DNA of 50,861 nt from contig JASHTX010000036.1 in the NCBI GenBank assembly GCA_030040335.1, forward strand, positions 1 to 50,861, in the 5' to 3' direction. The stretch is from Candidatus Micrarchaeota archaeon. GTDB lineage: Archaea > Micrarchaeota > Micrarchaeia > Micrarchaeales > CABMGC01. Positions 46,416 through 50,861 of this stretch are shown here, in pieces; positions within the stretch are counted from its first letter, which is position 1, and each line of letters starts with the position of its first letter. The notes beneath the pieces were generated by a model that was not told where the DNA came from, made no database searches, and saw nothing but the letters and a program-made list of their open reading frames with translations. The translations under genes and the position numbers were made by a program.

Positions 46416-46934
46416 CTACTTTTGCTCAGCTTTTTCCGCGAGAAGCCCCACGAGCTCGTCGATTCTGTCCGGATCTGAGAGCGTAAGTATCTTGTTGTCG
46501 AAGACCAGGTAGTCGTTGACCGGCACGCCCCTGTAGAGCTTTACCAGTTTCTCGGTTTCCGGATCTGGCTGGGCCACCTTTGTGTCCTTTAGTATGTTGG
46601 CCCTGGCTATTATCTTGACTCCATTGCCCACTCCTGCCACAATCTTGCCGGATTCGTGGAAGGCTTTCGTAAGGTCTAGCAGCGGCCGCTGGTCGTAAAG
46701 CTTGAGGCTGTCCACGCCTGGCCCGTCTACCAGAAGCAGGACGTCGTACGACATAGGTTCTATGTCCCTGAGTTCGATCTTGGGCTTCACCACAGCCCCG
46801 TGGTAGCCCGTGCAGTCCCTGAGCGAAAAGCTCGCTATTCTGCTTCCTATGTCCTTCTTGTCGAAGAAGAGGTTGAGCTTTGAGACCGTCTCGTCCTTGA
46901 AATCCCTTGGCGCGATCAGTATAGCTACCTGCAT
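46416..46934 (-). CDS. DJ-1/PfpI-fold protein lacking the nucleophile cysteine
   Basis: 'VAILIAPRDFKDE', 'YDVLLLVDGPG' and 'GKIVAGVGNGVKII', the last sitting where PfpI-type proteins have 'AAICHGP'. The ORF also opens at GTG 46994. Confidence 0.6.
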   Translation of the reverse strand: MQVAILIAPRDFKDETVSKLNLFFDKKDIGSRIASFSLRDCTGYHGAVVKPKIELRDIEPMSYDVLLLVDGPGVDSLKLYDQRPLLDLTKAFHESGKIVAGVGNGVKIIARANILKDTKVAQPDPETEKLVKLYRGVPVNDYLVFDNKILTLSDPDRIDELVGLLAEKAEQK

Positions 46935-46981
46935 AGCAACGATAGTAATTGGCGTTGAAGGAATTAAAAGGTTACCCACAG

Positions 46982-48769
46982 CTAGTATTCCCACTCCATC
47001 CTGCGCCCTTTTGCCTGTTTTTTGGCCTTGCCCTTGCCGGTGTGTATCTTTATGTTGGCGTAGATTATCACGAGTATGATGACAACCACCGCCGCTATGT
47101 TAACTGTAGAGAAGAACGATATCTTTACGGGAACACCCTGGTCGGTTACAACGGTCTTGTTCATCCAGAGATACCGGGCTTGAACCTCTGCATACCCGTA
47201 TGGAACATCTGGTATCTTGACCTCCCCGTTGGTCGGCGTCAGATTTGCCGTAGTGCCGTTTTTGTAGGTTATGCTCAACGGCGTGCTTATAGGCAGTCCG
47301 AAGTAATCCGCAACCTTTATACTTACATTATATACAGGCAGCGGCAGGTAGACAGTGGCTGGTGAATTGACATCGACGCTCAGATTATAGGGAAAGAGCA
47401 GCCCCTTGTAGTATACGCCAGTGACGCTGTGGTTCATAGTTGCGTTCAGGTATGGCGTGCTATTCGACATGGCTCCATCCACTATGAAGTAGTCCGGAAT
47501 TATGGGCACTTGCTGCTGGTTCGTCGCAACAAGCCGTTCCATGAATTTCCAGTTTGCCGAGATTTGCCTAGGCCCAGTTAGTGTAATGCTGCCTGTGGCG
47601 TTCTTGTTGCCATTGCTCCATCCGGAGAACACGAATCTCTGGGTGCCATTTTGGTATATCGAGTTGGCTGCGATGCCGTATGTTGCGACGGAGCTGGAGT
47701 TGTACCATCCAGATCCGCTGGTGGAACTGTAATTTGAAGTGACGTTGAGCAGGTACTGCACCTGCCAGGCAGCGGTTTCAGTTATATCGCCATCCATCAG
47801 CACCATGGTGCTGTTTTCGCTCCCTGTGTACGAGCCGGATCCCTTGCCGTGCCAGCCCAAGAACAGCGCTCTCGCGGAACTGTTGATGTATACTATCTGA
47901 GGGGTGGAGATGGAGACGGTAGAATAGGCAACGTAGCTGTTGTCGCTCGAACCTCCGTATGGAGAGGCGATGTCGAGCTTGTAACCGAGGGTCCAGAGCT
48001 TGGTATTGTTTGAACTCTGAGGAAGCCCAGATCCTACTTCGAAATAGTTGGTCCTGGAGCCTACCTCCTCTAAGCCATACGGGTTCTTGAGATCGGTTCT
48101 GCTTCCCGCACCATAGCCAATGGTCCCGTAACCCTCGGCAAGCGGCAGGAACGAGCTATACTTGTAGACTGAGAAATTTGCAAAGATCACGCCTGCCATG
48201 TAAGTGGAATTATTGCTGGCGTTTGCCACTTCGCCGATTGCAACAGGCCATTCAGAACCTGAAGAAGAGGCGCCGAGGTCTGCGCTCCCGATAGTCTTGT
48301 TATCAAATAGGAAGTACCATGTATCTCCGACAGAATAGAATCCGTATGTATTGAACGTGCCGTTGACTCCAGCCGCACCGTCGGGGCCGATGCTGCCGTA
48401 GAAAGTATTGTTGTGGCCTACGGGGAAGTACTCATAGAACCACGTAGCATTCTTTGTAGTTAGCAGTTCCCTCCCGCTGCAGCCTCTGATTGTGCAGTCA
48501 GCAGGATAGTAACCGCTCTGGTTCTCTATCACATAGCCGACCTGCAAGAATGCGCCGTTCGGCAGGTTCTCGCCGACCCAGAATGCCATTGATCCTGAAA
48601 CGATTGTCTGCGGTACAATCGTCTGTATCTGCACGCTCGCCCCGTTGTTCTGAGCCGCTTCTGAATTGCCTCTGACTCCGGTCTGGAACCAGTACTCGGC
48701 GTTTAAAGTGGTTGAAAGTGAGAGAAGGGCCAGAAACAGCAGAAAATTCCGGAACTCATATCTTCTCAT
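46982..48769 (-). CDS. secreted, C-terminally TM-anchored protein with an eqolisin (G1)/thermopsin-like beta-sandwich N-domain and B-repeat-like units
   Basis: Signal peptide 'FLLFLALLSLSTTLNA'. 'GSMAFWVGENLPNGAFLQVGY' and 'ATWFYEYFP' resemble the G1 'WVGIDG...LQTG' and 'AWYEWYP' motifs. 'GSGWYNSSSVATYGI...RFVFSGWSNG' is a B-repeat-like unit. There are many NxS/T sequons. The C-terminus is the TM helix 'VNIAAVVVIILVIIYA' plus a basic tail. Confidence 0.5.
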   Translation of the reverse strand: MRRYEFRNFLLFLALLSLSTTLNAEYWFQTGVRGNSEAAQNNGASVQIQTIVPQTIVSGSMAFWVGENLPNGAFLQVGYVIENQSGYYPADCTIRGCSGRELLTTKNATWFYEYFPVGHNNTFYGSIGPDGAAGVNGTFNTYGFYSVGDTWYFLFDNKTIGSADLGASSSGSEWPVAIGEVANASNNSTYMAGVIFANFSVYKYSSFLPLAEGYGTIGYGAGSRTDLKNPYGLEEVGSRTNYFEVGSGLPQSSNNTKLWTLGYKLDIASPYGGSSDNSYVAYSTVSISTPQIVYINSSARALFLGWHGKGSGSYTGSENSTMVLMDGDITETAAWQVQYLLNVTSNYSSTSGSGWYNSSSVATYGIAANSIYQNGTQRFVFSGWSNGNKNATGSITLTGPRQISANWKFMERLVATNQQQVPIIPDYFIVDGAMSNSTPYLNATMNHSVTGVYYKGLLFPYNLSVDVNSPATVYLPLPVYNVSIKVADYFGLPISTPLSITYKNGTTANLTPTNGEVKIPDVPYGYAEVQARYLWMNKTVVTDQGVPVKISFFSTVNIAAVVVIILVIIYANIKIHTGKGKAKKQAKGRRMEWEY

Positions 48770-49568
48770 AGTCTAGACCAATCTCATCCAGCTTTTTAAT
48801 TGCTTTCTCTTTTGCGAGTGAATTGAGGCTTCTCCATTCCAAGACCGCAAGCTCTGGCCTGTGAGTGCTCCTCTCAAGGGTCTGTTCAAGAACATCAAAG
48901 TTGTCGCTTCCGTCATCGTTTAGCATCGCGTATCTGGGCATTATGTGAGAGAAGGCATAGCCTTTCTCAAGCGCGAGGCTGGAAAATTTGTCAGGATAGT
49001 GAGTGCCGCCTATGCCAACCGCCACCTTGCTGTATTCAACGTCATTTCTCTTGATAGCGCCTAAGGATTCGCATATCGCTTCGCCGACTTTCGATGCGAG
49101 CTCTTTGTTGTTTAGTGTATTTTCGTTGCCGCCCAGCTCCACGAAAATCGCAGGTGTCTTGATGAGCGGGCCGTGGTGCGTCGCCTCGTATACCTTCTCA
49201 ATGTCAGAATCGATTTTTGTGAGATTCCTGAGCGCGGAAATCATTGCAAGCGGCGCAGCATAGGAGAGCTGTTTCGGTTTGCCTCCGACCTTGGCCTCAT
49301 TCCTCCAGTTCCCCAGGGAGTGGGTGGTGAACGCCCCTATTCCTGCTTCGCTCTTGTGCTTGTTCGGGAAGATTATGAGATCGCAGCCGAAAGAATCAAC
49401 AAAATCTGCTTCGACTGTAGGAGTGGGAATCTCGTAGATTCTTGCGTCATCTCCTTCATACCTAAGGTCGCCAGGTCCCTCTGTCTTTCTGAATCCGCAA
49501 TTATTGACCATGTAGTCGACAATGTTTGTTCCCGCAACGTCAAGCTTGGAGTATACTATTCCGATCAT
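48756..49568 (-). CDS. dtdA: D-aminoacyl-tRNA deacylase, archaeal type (DTD2)
   Basis: 'YEATHHGP', 'GIGGTHYPDKF' and 'FSHIMPRYA' match the DtdA family as I remember it. Length is 270 aa. Confidence 0.8.
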   Translation of the reverse strand: MIGIVYSKLDVAGTNIVDYMVNNCGFRKTEGPGDLRYEGDDARIYEIPTPTVEADFVDSFGCDLIIFPNKHKSEAGIGAFTTHSLGNWRNEAKVGGKPKQLSYAAPLAMISALRNLTKIDSDIEKVYEATHHGPLIKTPAIFVELGGNENTLNNKELASKVGEAICESLGAIKRNDVEYSKVAVGIGGTHYPDKFSSLALEKGYAFSHIMPRYAMLNDDGSDNFDVLEQTLERSTHRPELAVLEWRSLNSLAKEKAIKKLDEIGLDYEKI

Positions 49569-49583
49569 TTGCTCACGAGTCGG

Positions 49584-50771
49584 TCAGGTCTTGGACCTTT
49601 TCTGCAATAAGCAGAGCGTGCCACCGGCGATTATGAAGAAGAGAGGGCTTATTATCAAGCCGCAAACAGTCCCGATACAGACTATGAGTGCGATAACGGC
49701 GGTATTTCTGTATATCTTTGCACGCTGCCTTGCAACAGCATCGCCTTGCTTTGTGAGCCATACCCAGATTTTGACAGAGACCAAAGAGAGAAGGATTGTG
49801 CCTATCGTGAAGATCAGGGCATGCACATACTCAGGAACTTCAATTCCGGCAAGTAAAGATGAAGTCAGTGCCAAATAATTCAGATAGATATCGAAAGAGC
49901 CGATTCCTCCTTGCGAAGACGGAAGCACCAGCGGAAAGTTGCCTGAGAGAAGGTAAAGTATACCTCCGGAAAGCACGTACGATTGCGCCGAGCCGGAATT
50001 TGGTATTACCAGGTAGGTTGCGAAGATACCGAGGTGGCTGAAGAGCGGATAGAAGATGGGAGAAGTAAGATAGGAAACCCAGGAGATTACGGACACTACG
50101 GCAATGGGAGCCAGCAAGAAGTAGAGCGTTGAAGACCCGCCTATGCCCTGGTATGCCATAAGACTCGAGAAACTTCCGAAGAGGTCTTCGTAGAAATAGT
50201 AGCCGACAGCTATCAAAGCTATTGCAACCAGGAAAGGTATGAAGATGGAAAAGCCGCCAATGCTGCCTCCCGCGAAAATCGTCAGCAGGTATACGGCGAG
50301 CGTGTAAAGCGAAATGCAGAGCAGGAAGAGGTTTATACCAGATGTCAGACCATACCTGGTTGCGAGGTCCATCAGGTAGATCGTCGCGACCATCGCCACA
50401 AACAATAAGATCGAGAAGGGAACGGATGTGAACTCAAAGACATCAATTATGGTTACGAGCAGAGCCAGAACAATCGCTATGGCTATCTGCCACTTACGGA
50501 AGCTTGCCTCGGTGCCTTTCTTGCGGAGCCTGGTGAAGAAGAGTACGATCACACCGGCTGGGATCAAAAACAGGAGTATGGTTTCCTCGCCTTTCGAGGA
50601 ATACCAGATCGGCAGGCCCTCATAGGGGTTGGTCAAAAATAGAGAAAGCACGTTAAAGCAGAGCAATATCGCTATGAAGACTGCTGCAAAGATCACAGTG
50701 TACTTCTTCCTCTCAGAATTTGAGAGAGGCTTCCCAGGTTTTTCGAAAAAAGGGTCAAGCATCGATGCCAT
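49584..50771 (-). CDS. 10-TM membrane protein, divergent SecY/Sec61alpha-like (tentative)
   Basis: There are colinear resemblances to archaeal SecY as recalled from memory:
- N-terminus 'LDPFFEKPGKP..ERKKYTVIFAAVFIAIL'
- 'TILLFLIPAGVIV', compared with 'TLxxLGIxPIVTAG'
- 'EASFRKWQIAIAIV', compared with 'RALFQGxQK'
- 'LMDLATRYGLTSGINLFLL', compared with 'LDEIVSKYGIGSGIxLFI'
- 'PEYVHALIFTIGTILLSLVSVKIWV', compared with 'DPIHAIVYMIxMI...FWV'
- 'IIAGGTLCLL', compared with 'ALGGGTGVLL'

The CDS itself is solid. The family call is a hypothesis. Confidence 0.4.
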   Translation of the reverse strand: MASMLDPFFEKPGKPLSNSERKKYTVIFAAVFIAILLCFNVLSLFLTNPYEGLPIWYSSKGEETILLFLIPAGVIVLFFTRLRKKGTEASFRKWQIAIAIVLALLVTIIDVFEFTSVPFSILLFVAMVATIYLMDLATRYGLTSGINLFLLCISLYTLAVYLLTIFAGGSIGGFSIFIPFLVAIALIAVGYYFYEDLFGSFSSLMAYQGIGGSSTLYFLLAPIAVVSVISWVSYLTSPIFYPLFSHLGIFATYLVIPNSGSAQSYVLSGGILYLLSGNFPLVLPSSQGGIGSFDIYLNYLALTSSLLAGIEVPEYVHALIFTIGTILLSLVSVKIWVWLTKQGDAVARQRAKIYRNTAVIALIVCIGTVCGLIISPLFFIIAGGTLCLLQKRSKT

Positions 50772-50793
50772 GCGTTCTTTGTGTCAGGATAAG

Positions 50794-50800
50794 AATTTAA
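50794..50800 (-). promoter_or_regulatory. TATA-like element (TTAAATT on the minus strand) upstream of the SecY-like gene
   Basis: It lies about 22 nt upstream of the ATG at 50771. Confidence 0.3.
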
Positions 50801-50861
50801 GCGCTTCAGCTCGGGTCTTTCTCCTGGGCGAGCCAAGACGATAGCTTATATATTATTATCC

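Overview
This is a densely coding archaeal chromosomal window with about 50 CDS and 3 tRNAs, and I found no rRNA, CRISPR array, transposase or integrase. All calls rest on reading the supplied translations and the DNA by eye. No database search or structure prediction was run.

The archaeal assignment rests on several features:
- RNA polymerase operon rpoH-rpoB''-rpoB'-rpoA'-rpoA'' with a split B subunit
- family-B DNA polymerase
- Kae1/Bud32, Sm protein and Rpp21
- archaeal-type DtdA and SRP54
- a tRNA with a bulge-helix-bulge intron
- a class III (type IV pilin-like) signal peptide

Other recognisable genes:
- RNase HII and a class II (B12) ribonucleotide reductase
- cytochrome bd oxidase cydAB
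- MetAP-PolB
- NAMPT next to an NCS1 permease
- LMW phosphotyrosine phosphatase and a presenilin-like GxGD protease
- a bacterial-type grpE-dnaK-dnaJ operon headed by a wHTH regulator
- 5-formyl-THF cyclo-ligase, TrpRS and CysRS

Many genes have a TATA-like box about 25-30 nt upstream of the start codon, which suggests leaderless mRNAs. Several appear to use TTG or GTG starts. By inference only, the gene content fits a small-genome, possibly acidophilic archaeon (Micrarchaeota/ARMAN-like or Thermoplasmata-like). That content includes salvage enzymes, bd oxidase, acid-protease-like and Thr-rich glycoprotein-like surface proteins, and a genomically encoded tRNA-Ile(UAU).

The least ordinary part is 39.5-50.8 kb. 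It holds:
- a secreted S8 protease and a 1327-aa repeat protein that share a 'Thr/Ser stalk + 6-Cys tail' C-terminus
- an intron-containing tRNA-Ile(UAU)
- a tight four-gene string headed by a divergent SecY/Sec61alpha-like 10-TM protein, followed by DtdA, an anchored eqolisin/thermopsin-like secreted protein and a Cys-less DJ-1 homologue
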